From assembly GCA_963696385.1 (NCBI GenBank), contig CAVOKF010000003.1, forward strand, positions 64,001 through 128,000: a stretch of DNA of 64,000 nucleotides, written 5' to 3'. Numbering within the stretch: position 1 is the first letter of the stretch; every line of letters starts with the position of its first letter. This DNA is from an uncultured delta proteobacterium (GTDB lineage: Bacteria > Myxococcota_A > Polyangia > Polyangiales > Polyangiaceae). A model generated the notes under the pieces. That model ran no database searches, was not told the origin of the DNA, and saw only the letters and a list, made by a program, of their open reading frames with translations. Shown here one piece after another: positions 9,161 through 17,784 of the stretch. A program made the translations under genes and the position numbers.

Positions 9161-10809
9161 CGCGCCACCCCCCAAGTGTTCCCGTAGGTCGTCTCAAAGA
9201 ACCAGCGAGCCCGATGCGGGAATCCCTGATCCTTGCACGCTGGATCAATCACGATGTTTCCGATCATGTCGCCCACCTTCCATCGCGCAATGCCGTTGAC
9301 ATAGTCGGCGTCCACGTACGTGATCGTGCCGCCGCTCTCCGTGAGTGTGTACGTGTCTTTCTTGAGGCCGACTTTTCGGCGCCAGCCAATGAGCTCCGCG
9401 AGCACATTCGTGTAGTGTTCGGTGGCCTGCTGATAAACGCCCTGATCGAATACGCGTCCGCCACGAGCATCCACCGCGGACATCGCTCGGACCCAACTTG
9501 CTTCGCCGTTCGAAGCCCGCGAGGCGCAGAGCGCGATGCTCTGTGCGTGGTCGGAGTGTCGCCCCCCCTGGCGTTCGAGCTCGATACTGAATCCGCCCTG
9601 CTTCGATACCAACTTGCGAACTCCGAGTAGATCGGAGCGGAGGATCGGCACGTCCGGAATCTCGATCGTGCCGTCCGTGAACCGGCGCTTGAGGGAATCG
9701 AACATCTGCACTTTCCCCGGTTGCGTCATCGCTTCCTGCACGAGCTCGATGCCGTGCCGATCCGCATGGGACTTCAGAGCATCGAAGGACCACTGATCCT
9801 GTACGAGTTCGTCGATGCCGTACGACTTGAGGATTACCGCGATTTCGCCCATCGTGGCGTCGCTGTCCAAGGCACCACCCTTCGGTGCGCGCCAGCCCTG
9901 CACACGCACGATCTGGACACTGCCGGACTCGAGTTCGCGACCGATCGCTAGACTCCACTCGTTGCTGCGCGTCGCCGGATCTTGTGCGGCAAAATATCGA
10001 CCACCTGGGACGTGCGGAATCGAGGCTTGGCCTCTGTGCGTCGCGGCCAGCAAGAGCGATTCCGAGAACATCGAAAGCATGTCCCCGGCGAACGGGATTG
10101 CGCCGTATTCACGCAGAAACGTGTCCTCGTCGGGCTCAAGCTCGCGGCATTCTTGCTCGGTGAGACTCGGGCGCGCGATCCATGTCGCGGCTTGCGTGAC
10201 AACTTGGAAATCGGTGTCGCCCGCGTCGATTGCCTTGGCGTGCGCATCGTTGCGGCCCATCGGACTCGACGAAAGGAAGATCTTCGCATTCGGTTGGCCG
10301 GCCATCGTTGGGCGAAGGCTCGCGAGCACCTCCGTCGCCGGGTTTGAGCCGGTGTCGACGTCCTTCCATTTGGCAACCTCGTCGCAAATCGCGCATATGC
10401 AGGTGAAGCCCGAGACGCCGGAGATCGAGGCGGCGAACGTTTTGAAGGCGACGGGGCGCGACTCGAGCTCGATGCCGCCGTCGCACGGCTTGTACTTCAC
10501 GCCGAGCGCCGCAAGGATCGCCTTCACCGTGCGGAGGCGTTCGGCGGACTGGTCGCGCGATACCGATATGATCGCGACAACGCCGATGTCACCCGCGGGA
10601 ATCTTGTGATCTCCGTACAAGCCTTCGAGGACGCCAACCCGGCAAAGACTCGACGACTTGCCGCCACGGCGACCTACGCGCCCCGCCCATTGCCGTTTCC
10701 CCGATGCGTAGAACGATGCGAGGGTATTCTTCCACCAATCGCTCATCGGGTGGAAGTCCGCGCTCGCGAGGCGCCGTTCGAGGGGGGTGAGATGGTCGAG
10801 GACGCTCAT
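9157..10809 (-). CDS. terL: Terminase large subunit
   Basis: Walker A VGRRGGKS, Walker B ICDEVA, coupling motif SSSP, nuclease AQDPA...QDQW...HSDHA. Confidence 0.88.
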   Translation of the reverse strand: MSVLDHLTPLERRLASADFHPMSDWWKNTLASFYASGKRQWAGRVGRRGGKSSSLCRVGVLEGLYGDHKIPAGDIGVVAIISVSRDQSAERLRTVKAILAALGVKYKPCDGGIELESRPVAFKTFAASISGVSGFTCICAICDEVAKWKDVDTGSNPATEVLASLRPTMAGQPNAKIFLSSSPMGRNDAHAKAIDAGDTDFQVVTQAATWIARPSLTEQECRELEPDEDTFLREYGAIPFAGDMLSMFSESLLLAATHRGQASIPHVPGGRYFAAQDPATRSNEWSLAIGRELESGSVQIVRVQGWRAPKGGALDSDATMGEIAVILKSYGIDELVQDQWSFDALKSHADRHGIELVQEAMTQPGKVQMFDSLKRRFTDGTIEIPDVPILRSDLLGVRKLVSKQGGFSIELERQGGRHSDHAQSIALCASRASNGEASWVRAMSAVDARGGRVFDQGVYQQATEHYTNVLAELIGWRRKVGLKKDTYTLTESGGTITYVDADYVNGIARWKVGDMIGNIVIDPACKDQGFPHRARWFFETTYGNTWGVAR

Positions 10810-11378
10810 GTTTCGACCTTGTCGCCGGGCAAGCGCCATGCAGCGAGCGGATCCACCGGACCCTTCGGGCGCGCTTGCGCCTCGCGCGCGCAAAGCTCGT
10901 GCGCGGCCAGTAAGTGCTGGCGCGATGTCTCGCCCAGTCGGGCGCTCCGCATGGCGAGCTCGGGGTCACCCGTCGAAGCAGCGAGGTCGGAGAAGTACCG
11001 CGACCAGGCCAGCGCGAGCGCAGCCGACGCAACGACCGACGATGGGCCGGGGCCGCACACACCCCCGCCCACGGTGCGGGCGAGCTCGGCACACTGCGTT
11101 CGTCGGAAACTCGACGCTGCCGCCTTGTACTGACGGAATGCAGCGTCGTCGGGCAGGGTCGTCAAGCCGAGACGCGACGAAAGACGGCTCTTGCCGGCCA
11201 GCGCTTTTCCGCCAGCGCGCGCCAACGAGTTGCCGCGGGCAAACCTCCCCGCCTTGCCGCGGTCCGTCGGGCTAGCCTGACGGGCTTCCGCGGGCACACC
11301 GTCCGGCAGCTCATCGGGCGGCAAAACCTCGATCCGGGGCGTGCCTGCGCCCGCGCCGTGGCCACTCCTTATTGCCAT
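10806..11378 (-). CDS. Putative terminase small subunit
   Basis: ATGA-coupled directly upstream of terL; RGKAGRFARGN motif like the GxFxxGN N-termini of TerS. Confidence 0.6.
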   Translation of the reverse strand: MAIRSGHGAGAGTPRIEVLPPDELPDGVPAEARQASPTDRGKAGRFARGNSLARAGGKALAGKSRLSSRLGLTTLPDDAAFRQYKAAASSFRRTQCAELARTVGGGVCGPGPSSVVASAALALAWSRYFSDLAASTGDPELAMRSARLGETSRQHLLAAHELCAREAQARPKGPVDPLAAWRLPGDKVET

Positions 11379-11402
11379 GGAGTCCCCACGGATGTGCTAG
11401 GA

Positions 11403-11612
11403 ATGGCCGCGATGGGGGCGCCTAAAGGCTTGGCAGAGATGTCGGGCGACTTTCTGCGGGAGGCTGGTGTGCTCGTCGCGGCCTTGGGCGTGCTAGAAAA
11501 GACAATCGCGGCCGGCTTACCGTCGTGGAAGTGGACCGTGGCCGTTCTTGGTTTGGGGTTGTTTTTTGCCGGTTTCGGCGCCATCATTGAGCGAACCAGG
11601 AGCAGGAGCTGA
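11403..11612 (+). CDS. Small two-TM membrane protein
   Basis: MAAMGAPKGLAEMSGDFLREAGVLVAALGVL...VAVLGLGLFFAGFGAIIER. Confidence 0.55.
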   Translation: MAAMGAPKGLAEMSGDFLREAGVLVAALGVLEKTIAAGLPSWKWTVAVLGLGLFFAGFGAIIERTRSRS

Positions 11613-11614
11613 AC

Positions 11615-11794
11615 ATGGGCGAGTACACCTACATCGTTGGCCTTGCCATCATGGGTCTGGTCGTGTTCACGGTCGGGATGATTGCTGCCATGATCGAGCG
11701 CGGTCATGGGTCCACCTCGAGCGCGGCCACCGACGCGAACGCGTCGCGAACGTCGACAAGCCACGCCAATCCGATCCTGTCCGCGTCGAAATAA
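11615..11794 (+). CDS. Small single-TM protein (59 aa)
   Basis: Own translation MGEYTYIVGLAIMGLVVFTVGMIAAMIERG...; AGGAG RBS. Confidence 0.5.
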   Translation: MGEYTYIVGLAIMGLVVFTVGMIAAMIERGHGSTSSAATDANASRTSTSHANPILSASK

Positions 11795-11985
11795 GTCCCC
11801 TCGTAAAAGCCATCGGGTCGCAGGGTCGCTTTCCAGCGCGCCCCGATGCCGAGCCGGTTGCCGGCCGCGAAGTGCCCACCGGGGGTACGCCCTTGCCGCG
11901 GGTTCGCGTCGGTTTCGCTGGACGTAGAATCGCTCGCGCGCACCAGCGTCGGCCGCGTCTTGCCGTGAGAGCGTTCGATGGTCAT
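11704..11985 (-). CDS. TerS-like paralog/fragment
   Basis: MTIERSHG...RTPGGHFAAGNRLG resembles the N-terminus of 10806-11378; ATGA-coupled. Confidence 0.45.
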   Translation of the reverse strand: MTIERSHGKTRPTLVRASDSTSSETDANPRQGRTPGGHFAAGNRLGIGARWKATLRPDGFYEGTYFDADRIGLAWLVDVRDAFASVAALEVDP

Positions 11986-12365
11986 GTGGCGCCCTCGGCG
12001 GCAAACAGGGCGCGCAAGTCGGTCGGCCACTGCGGCGTACAGTCCTCAGGCCGGAACGGCGCCGCGTAATCGGGCAACCTCAGGATCCGCGGGGTGACCT
12101 CGGCGACTAGCGCCTGCCACTGAGGGCCGTGATCCGCCCATGGATCTACCGCGTGGCTCAGCTCGTGGACGAGAACGTCGCAGAATCGAATGCGGTCGAA
12201 GCGCAGCGTGCGCGGGGCGAGCCAAAGCGTGTCGCCGTCGCAGCACCCCTCGAGGGTTGGATCCACGTCATCGGGCAGACCGATCACAACCTGCGGAACG
12301 CGGTCGAGCTCAGGAAAGAAGCGAGCGGCGAGGCGCTCGACGAGGGACTGGAGATTAGTGATCAT
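11982..12365 (-). CDS. SprT-like zinc metallopeptidase
   Basis: DVLVHELSHAV...DHGPQW (HExxH plus HGxxW). Confidence 0.75.
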   Translation of the reverse strand: MITNLQSLVERLAARFFPELDRVPQVVIGLPDDVDPTLEGCCDGDTLWLAPRTLRFDRIRFCDVLVHELSHAVDPWADHGPQWQALVAEVTPRILRLPDYAAPFRPEDCTPQWPTDLRALFAAEGAT

Positions 12366-12978
12366 GGCCACCCCCGCGCGGTGCTTGGCCCTGGTGACGC
12401 TCGGCGGGGCGCCATTGCAGGCCGTGGTCCTGCTCGAGTCGCTCGGATTCCTCGAGAACGAGCCTCACGATCGCCTCGCGCCGCGCAGCCTCGGGCAGTA
12501 CGTGGAACGCGGCCCGCAGTCGCGGCCAGTACTCTCCACCGGCCCAGCGAGGGCCTCGGCTGTCGACGCCGGGAAACGTCGCCATCACGGCCTGGGCGGC
12601 GGCAAGGATCGCGGTCTCAACTTGATCGCCGCGAACCAGCGGGCGTGAATCGAAGCTCTCAGGATCGCGCTGCTTGCGCGGCTTCGGCGGCGCGGCTTCG
12701 CGGACCGCATCCCGCTCGGCCTGGCGCCGCGCCGCAATAGCAGCCACGAGCTCGGGGTCGGCACGGACGGCGTCGCTCAAGGTGCATCGTGCGACCCCTA
12801 GCGCGCTGGCCGCGGCCTCCAGCGAAGGTGACTCAAGCACAACCGCTTTGCGCTCGGGCGTAAGAAGGAAGGTCCGAGGGTCGACGCGCAAGGCAGAGCC
12901 AGCGGCCTTCGCTGCGGCGAGCCGTGCGGCGAGGGCAGGATCGGCAGCGGCGGCGCGGGCCACGGCCGCACGGCTCAC
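12355..12978 (-). CDS. Ala-rich hypothetical protein with possible HTH
   Basis: SLEAAASALGVARCTLSDAV HTH-like segment. Confidence 0.55.
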   Translation of the reverse strand: MSRAAVARAAAADPALAARLAAAKAAGSALRVDPRTFLLTPERKAVVLESPSLEAAASALGVARCTLSDAVRADPELVAAIAARRQAERDAVREAAPPKPRKQRDPESFDSRPLVRGDQVETAILAAAQAVMATFPGVDSRGPRWAGGEYWPRLRAAFHVLPEAARREAIVRLVLEESERLEQDHGLQWRPAERHQGQAPRGGGHDH

Positions 12979-13059
12979 GCCGGACGCGTCGATGGCGCGC
13001 GTCGGCGGAACACCGCTCGCGATAGCCGATAAGAATCGCCTCGATGGTGTCGGCCGCGA

Positions 13060-13239
13060 TCATCGGACCCCCTCCGGCTCGAGTGCAGCGACAATCGCTG
13101 CTCTCCAGGCCTCTCGGATGTGCGCGGTCAACTGATCCCATCGCGGCATCGGACGGCCGTCGTAGGTGAGACCACCCGTAAACGCGGCGTAGCCCCGATA
13201 GGCGCGCTCGGCGGCGCTGGCGAACTGGTCGGGGGTCAC
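13060..13239 (-). CDS. Small phage-type hypothetical protein (59 aa)
   Basis: Own translation MTPDQFASAAERAYRGYAAFTGGLTYDGRPMPRWDQLTAHIREAWRAAIVAA...; GGAGG RBS. Confidence 0.65.
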   Translation of the reverse strand: MTPDQFASAAERAYRGYAAFTGGLTYDGRPMPRWDQLTAHIREAWRAAIVAALEPEGVR

Positions 13240-13694
13240 TGGTCATCCTCCAATCGAAAGCCCCGTGGCGGGGCGGTTGCGGTCGCTGCAAGTCCGACGG
13301 CGGAGTGATTCATGGGCACGGAAGGGCCGGACCGGGACGTCCCCGGCCACCACGCCTCCGCCGTCGGACGAGCGTCGGCGGCACCATGCCGTCGCTCGCG
13401 CCCGCCAGGGGCTCCCGCTGAGTGAGATACAAGGCAGGCTCGAGTCTGTTGGCCAGCGCCAGAATCCTCAATGATTACGCTGGCAGAGACACTAAACGAG
13501 CGCAGTGACTCGTCGCTGGTGACTACTCGTCTCATGATCGCCAGCGATTCACGGCCTTCGCGCGCGTTGAGCGTCGGCTGCATGTGCCGACGATTACGAG
13601 AAACATCGAAGGATCCGCGGCAGATCGCAGGGTCCACGACGTTTCCGGGTTGCCCAATAGGCAGGCCTGGGCAGGGCTCCAAGTGATTTCCCAA

Positions 13695-13793
13695 TTCCCG
13701 ATGCTCCTTAAGGAGCGCATCGGGTAATCGGGTAATCCTTCACCCGATGGCATCGGGAAAGAATCGGGTAAACATCGGGTAATCGGGTAATCG
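13695..13793. repeat. Iteron-like cluster (putative replication origin)
   Basis: ATCGGGTA at 13719, 13727, 13763, 13774, 13782, a variant at 13752, inverted copies, and palindrome GCTCCTTAAGGAGC; directly after the helicase. Confidence 0.7.
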
Positions 13794-13794
13794 C

Positions 13795-15048
13795 TCACGG
13801 TGCCTCCGGCGGGGCCGCGTGGCTGAGGTAGAGGCGTCGTCCGTTGCCACGGCCGGGCACCTTTCGTTGAACGACCTCGCCGTTGTCGCAGAGCGTGTTG
13901 ACGGAAGCGCGCACGAGCAGGGCGTCGAGTCCGACGATGGCGCGAACGGCGTCCGTGCCGGCGATGCCGGGGTGCGAGCGAATGCACTCGCGAACCGCTT
14001 CGACCGCTTTGGCCAAGCGGGCATCGCCAGTCGGCTTCGCGGCGGTCAGCTCTGCGCGGTCGATGTGGCAGACGACGAGACCCCATTTCGGGTCGCCGTC
14101 GGCCTGTACGTCATCGATACGCAAGCCAAAGTCTGCGACGGCTTGACCGAGCGCCCGGTCCTTTTCGTGCGTCACGAGGGAGAGCGCTTCGCCTTTCTTC
14201 TTTGATTGGACGAACATGCTCTGAAACTCGTCGAGGATGCCGGACGAGCCGCGGGCCATTTCCTTGCGCGTCCGCTGCGAGCCTTCGTTCGGCGTCTTGC
14301 CCGCGTGGTGAATAAGCTCGACGGCGGCGCCGCTCGAATCGGAAGCGCTCGAAAGGGCGCCGATGTACCCGCGCACCTGCGACGAGTTCTCGTCGAGTCC
14401 ACCGAGCATCGGGCGGAGGGAATCGCAGGTAACGAGGCGCACGCCGGCGAACGCTCTACGGAATTGGTCGGCCGCCTGGTCGGACGTAAGCCGAAGGTCC
14501 GGCAGAATGGCGACGCGGATGAATCCATCAGATATGAGTTCGCGGAGATCATCGTCGATGATGCCGAGTCCGCGGGCGAGGCGATGAATCGTTTTCTTCG
14601 TCTGGCGCCGACCCATCTCATAATCAAGATGAAGCCATGGCCCTCGATGAACGTTCCATGTCCCCCATAGGGGCTTGCCCGTGGCGACGGCGAGGCCCAT
14701 CGAGCAAATCGATATGGTCTTGCCGGACCAGGCTTGACCAATCCAACCGTTGACGGGGCCGGCCCCGATTCCGAGCGCCGGAATGGTCAGGCTCTCGACG
14801 TTCTCCGCCGCGAAGAATTCGTCAGCGTTCAGACAACGCACGGGGATTGACGGCTGCGATACGCGTTCCAACTGCTCGCGCGTCGCGTGCGGATAGTGGC
14901 CATTCGCCTCGTCGACGATCGCCCGACGTTCCGCGGCTTGTTCCGCCTCGTCATCGGCAAAGAAGCCGTCGACATCTTCGGGCGGCAACGGCATCACGAT
15001 GCGCTCCTCAGCGAGGCCAGCGGTGTAGTGGGAGCGCTCATGCGTCAC
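13795..15048 (-). CDS. AAA_25 / RepA-type SF4 replicative helicase
   Basis: Walker A GQAWSGKT, HLDYEMG, Walker B VTCDSL, LIHHAGK, RGSSGI; start uncertain. Confidence 0.85.
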   Translation of the reverse strand: MTHERSHYTAGLAEERIVMPLPPEDVDGFFADDEAEQAAERRAIVDEANGHYPHATREQLERVSQPSIPVRCLNADEFFAAENVESLTIPALGIGAGPVNGWIGQAWSGKTISICSMGLAVATGKPLWGTWNVHRGPWLHLDYEMGRRQTKKTIHRLARGLGIIDDDLRELISDGFIRVAILPDLRLTSDQAADQFRRAFAGVRLVTCDSLRPMLGGLDENSSQVRGYIGALSSASDSSGAAVELIHHAGKTPNEGSQRTRKEMARGSSGILDEFQSMFVQSKKKGEALSLVTHEKDRALGQAVADFGLRIDDVQADGDPKWGLVVCHIDRAELTAAKPTGDARLAKAVEAVRECIRSHPGIAGTDAVRAIVGLDALLVRASVNTLCDNGEVVQRKVPGRGNGRRLYLSHAAPPEAP

Positions 15049-15382
15049 CTCCGCGACCCAACGTGGGGCAATCGACCCACGCGACTTGCGCCCAACCATC
15101 GATTAGGATGAGCACTGGATAGTTGCGACCGTCGTCTCGCGGGTCGCTGTCGATCTCCGTGAGAATCTCGTCCAGCCCGTCCAGGTGTAGCCCTGCCGAA
15201 TGCAGACAAGGCTGGATGATATGTCGATATGTGAGTTTCGGTGGCCGACCCTCGACCGCGAGAACAATACAAGTTTTCGCGGTGCAATCGTGCGGCGCTC
15301 GCATGATCGAGCCACTGGCCGTCCTCATTAGGCGATCCGCGCGGCGCTCAAGTTGTCGCTTGACGTGCCTAGACGGCGTCAT
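15038..15382 (-). CDS. Hypothetical protein
   Basis: ATGA-coupled in the early operon. Confidence 0.55.
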   Translation of the reverse strand: MTPSRHVKRQLERRADRLMRTASGSIMRAPHDCTAKTCIVLAVEGRPPKLTYRHIIQPCLHSAGLHLDGLDEILTEIDSDPRDDGRNYPVLILIDGWAQVAWVDCPTLGRGGDA

Positions 15383-15648
15383 CGGCGCACCGACCTGTAG
15401 ATTTTGGTTCCGTCCGGACACTCGCAAACGAACTCTGTATCGTCGCTCGGGTCATCGGGTAATTCGCCAATGATCGCCAAGTCGTTGTCGTCGAACGGCG
15501 GACCCTTCGCGAGCAGGGCATCGCGGCAGAGCACAAGAGCGCGAGCCATTCGAAGTTCCTCGATGGGGCGCAATACGTGCGCCGGCATCGGCCGCCCCTC
15601 GATTGCGGCGCGCTCGGCGGCGTCGAATTGCTCGACGTGCGCCGTCAT
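15379..15648 (-). CDS. Hypothetical protein
   Basis: ATGA-coupled on both sides. Confidence 0.6.
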   Translation of the reverse strand: MTAHVEQFDAAERAAIEGRPMPAHVLRPIEELRMARALVLCRDALLAKGPPFDDNDLAIIGELPDDPSDDTEFVCECPDGTKIYRSVRR

Positions 15649-15935
15649 TTGCTACCTCGCGCCGCCAAGAACTCGGGCAGTTCACTCGCCTTGATCTCGA
15701 CGTGCTTCGACTTCGGGGGTACCAGCATTTGCTGGACTGGCGCATGACCAGCGGCCCACTCGGCTTCGCGAGAGAGCAAGGCGAGCTCGCATAGCTTCAG
15801 CTCGGCAGTGGCCCTTTCGAACAGGCTTCGCGCCCGCGCCAGGTGGACACCGGCAGCGGGTTCGGTCGCCGTCGTGCTCGCGCCAAGATGCGCGCGGACC
15901 GCGGCGAACAAGTCGATGTCGACAGGCGCGGTCAT
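15645..15935 (-). CDS. Hypothetical protein
   Basis: ATGA-coupled on both sides. Confidence 0.6.
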   Translation of the reverse strand: MTAPVDIDLFAAVRAHLGASTTATEPAAGVHLARARSLFERATAELKLCELALLSREAEWAAGHAPVQQMLVPPKSKHVEIKASELPEFLAARGSK

Positions 15936-16303
15936 CGCCGTACCAACCCCGCCGCAGCGGCGATATCGTCAACACAGATCTCGACTTCACTCCGTGGCGC
16001 CCGCGTCGGCCTTTTGCCTCGCCGTGCGAGCCACGCCTTGCAGGCTTCGAAGTCGTAGCGTCTTGCGTCGCCAACATGGGCGGCGACAGGAAGACCCTCG
16101 CGCGTCAGTCGATCGACAGTGGACGCACTCACCCCGAGCACGAGCGCGACTTCTTTTTTTGACAGCAGCCGGTCTGCCGGAATGGACTCTGTGGTGGGCG
16201 CCATCGCCGATCGGATGGCGGCGACCACGTCGGGGCGGCGCAACGCATCCACAAGTGCGTCGCCGAGCAGACGAGCCCCGAGTGTGACTAGTTCGTCGCT
16301 CAC
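15932..16303 (-). CDS. Excisionase/AlpA-like HTH protein
   Basis: LLSKKEVALVLGVSASTVDRLTREGLP...RRYDFEACKAWL (MerR-superfamily winged HTH). Confidence 0.85.
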   Translation of the reverse strand: MSDELVTLGARLLGDALVDALRRPDVVAAIRSAMAPTTESIPADRLLSKKEVALVLGVSASTVDRLTREGLPVAAHVGDARRYDFEACKAWLARRGKRPTRAPRSEVEICVDDIAAAAGLVRR

Positions 16304-16506
16304 GGCGCCACCTGACGGACGAAGGTCCGCGACCGGATCAGCGCCAGTGTCCCGCGGCGAATCGGTAACCCGCCGACTGCTTTGCCGATCGCCTCTCGAC
16401 CAACGCCACACCACCGCGCAACCTCGCTGACCGACGACGCGAGGATCACGCGTCGGAGCTCATCTCGCTCATGCTCGGAGAGCGCATCGGTCGCCGGGTG
16501 ACGCAT
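16300..16506 (-). CDS. Small Cro-like HTH protein
   Basis: SVSEVARWCGVGREAIGKAVGG; first gene of the operon, GTGA-coupled. Confidence 0.6.
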   Translation of the reverse strand: MRHPATDALSEHERDELRRVILASSVSEVARWCGVGREAIGKAVGGLPIRRGTLALIRSRTFVRQVAP

Positions 16507-16855
16507 GCGGCAAACGTAGGCGCCCCGAATTTGCAACGGGACGCTGGCCCGCTATAGGGCCTCATGTTTTGACCTCTCCGGTTACAATTCGTAACTGGAT
16601 TAGATCGTCGCTAACATGCGGGAATCATTGCGTATGGCTCCGCACCCGATGGGGTACATCATGGGTACATCATGAGAGCCAAGTGGCATTTACAACCTCG
16701 GCCGCATCAAGGCCTCGGCATATCGGCGTCAGTCACCAGCCGGTGCCCCGTCACCACTCGTCACACTGAACTACTCGCAGATTCGCGCGCCGCACGTGGG
16801 CCACGCTGACGTCGCTTTGCTTGACGTTGCGGCACCTTGCAAACTTACGAAGGGC

Positions 16856-16899
16856 CTTCCCAAGCCGAAGGTCGCGGGTTCGAGACCCGTGTCCCGCTC
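16856..16899 (+). repeat. att core (attR), tRNA-Gly 3' fragment
   Basis: Identical to 601-644. Confidence 0.95.
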
Positions 16900-16930
16900 C
16901 CTAGAAATCATTGAGGATTTGCCCTCCGGC

Positions 16931-16976
16931 TTACTGCGGCCCGCAGTAAGACCAGCAGTAAAATCCGCAGTAAGAC
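16931..16976. repeat. 12-bp-period repeats, probable integrase arm-type sites
   Basis: CCGCAGTAAGAC/CAGCAGTAAAAT/CCGCAGTAAGAC plus inverted TTACTGCGG. Confidence 0.6.
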
Positions 16977-17419
16977 CATCGGTTTTTGGGGTGCGATCCG
17001 TCCCGGGGACGGCTCGCATCGGCAGCTCGAACCCGTTGGCTGCGGACAGATCCAAGCGGATGCTCTCGACCGCCGCGTGCAGCGTGGCCAGCGTCTGCGC
17101 CGTGTAATGCTGCTGGGTCACGCCCGATCCGGCGTGCCCCATCAGGCGCTTAATCGTGGCCTCGGCGACGCCCGCCTCCGCGAGCCATGTCGCGAAGTGT
17201 AGAACGACGCGAAGAAGCGCGGAGAGTGCGTCGTGAAACGTTCGCGTTGAGGCTGAGCGGATGAGCATGGGGGGAGGCGTCTACGACGGCGCGAGGTCGC
17301 GTCACCAAGATCAAGTGCTCCAGCGAGGCGGCCTGGACCGGCCGGCGACGCATGGCGGTGGCGGCCGGTCTCCCCGGAGTCGCTTGACGCATGAGCGATG
17401 CTGATCAAATGTTCAGTCC

Positions 17420-17599
17420 ATGGAGCTATCGCTCGGCGTGCGCGTGCTGATGGGGGCCCTCGAAGCCCTCGCGAAATCCAAGGGCTTCGCGGACGTCCGC
17501 GTTCTGCCGAAGGTCAACGCTCGGGGCGAACTCGTGCTCGGCGTCATCCTCCCGCCCCGAACACCGCGCGAGTGGGGCGATTCGAAGGAGCGACCGTGA
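17420..17599 (+). CDS. Small hypothetical protein (59 aa)
   Basis: Own translation MELSLGVRVLMGALEALAKSKGFADVRVLPKVNARGELVLGVILPP... Confidence 0.55.
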   Translation: MELSLGVRVLMGALEALAKSKGFADVRVLPKVNARGELVLGVILPPRTPREWGDSKERP

Positions 17600-17784
17600 C
17601 GACGTTGGACGGCCAGACGTGGGCCCTGCACGACGCCATATTTCAGCTCGCCCGGGAACTCGGTCTTGCCTCGTTTCGGGTCGAGTGCAAACTCGGACCC
17701 GGGGGCGAGACCGTCGTTTCGCTCGTCGTCGGCGGCAAGGGCGACGAGCGGTGCGGATCGCGCACTCGAGTCCCTGGGCCCTAA
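17596..17784 (+). CDS. Small hypothetical protein (62 aa), paralog-like of the previous ORF
   Basis: AAGGAG RBS, GTGA overlap. Confidence 0.55.
   Translation: MTTLDGQTWALHDAIFQLARELGLASFRVECKLGPGGETVVSLVVGGKGDERCGSRTRVPGP

Larger units (their letters stand above)
601..16899. mobile_element. Integrated phage-related element (satellite-like or defective prophage), ~16.3 kb, in tRNA-Gly
   Basis: 44-bp att repeats, tyrosine integrase, xis-like HTH, helicase, terminase and many ATGA/GTGA-coupled small genes on the minus strand. Confidence 0.92.
16771..17200 (-). pseudogene. C-terminal remnant of a second tyrosine integrase
   Basis: FATWLAEAGV...RLMGHAGSGVTQQHY catalytic end, no N-terminal part; reads through the att core in the same frame as int. 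Confidence 0.85.

Noticed and set aside
16856..16899. Second tRNA-Gly gene
   Set aside because: Only the 3' half is present, with no D-arm or 5' acceptor strand; it is the att duplicate
601..16899. Complete prophage or ICE
   Set aside because: No recognisable capsid, portal, tape measure, lysin, relaxase or T4SS genes
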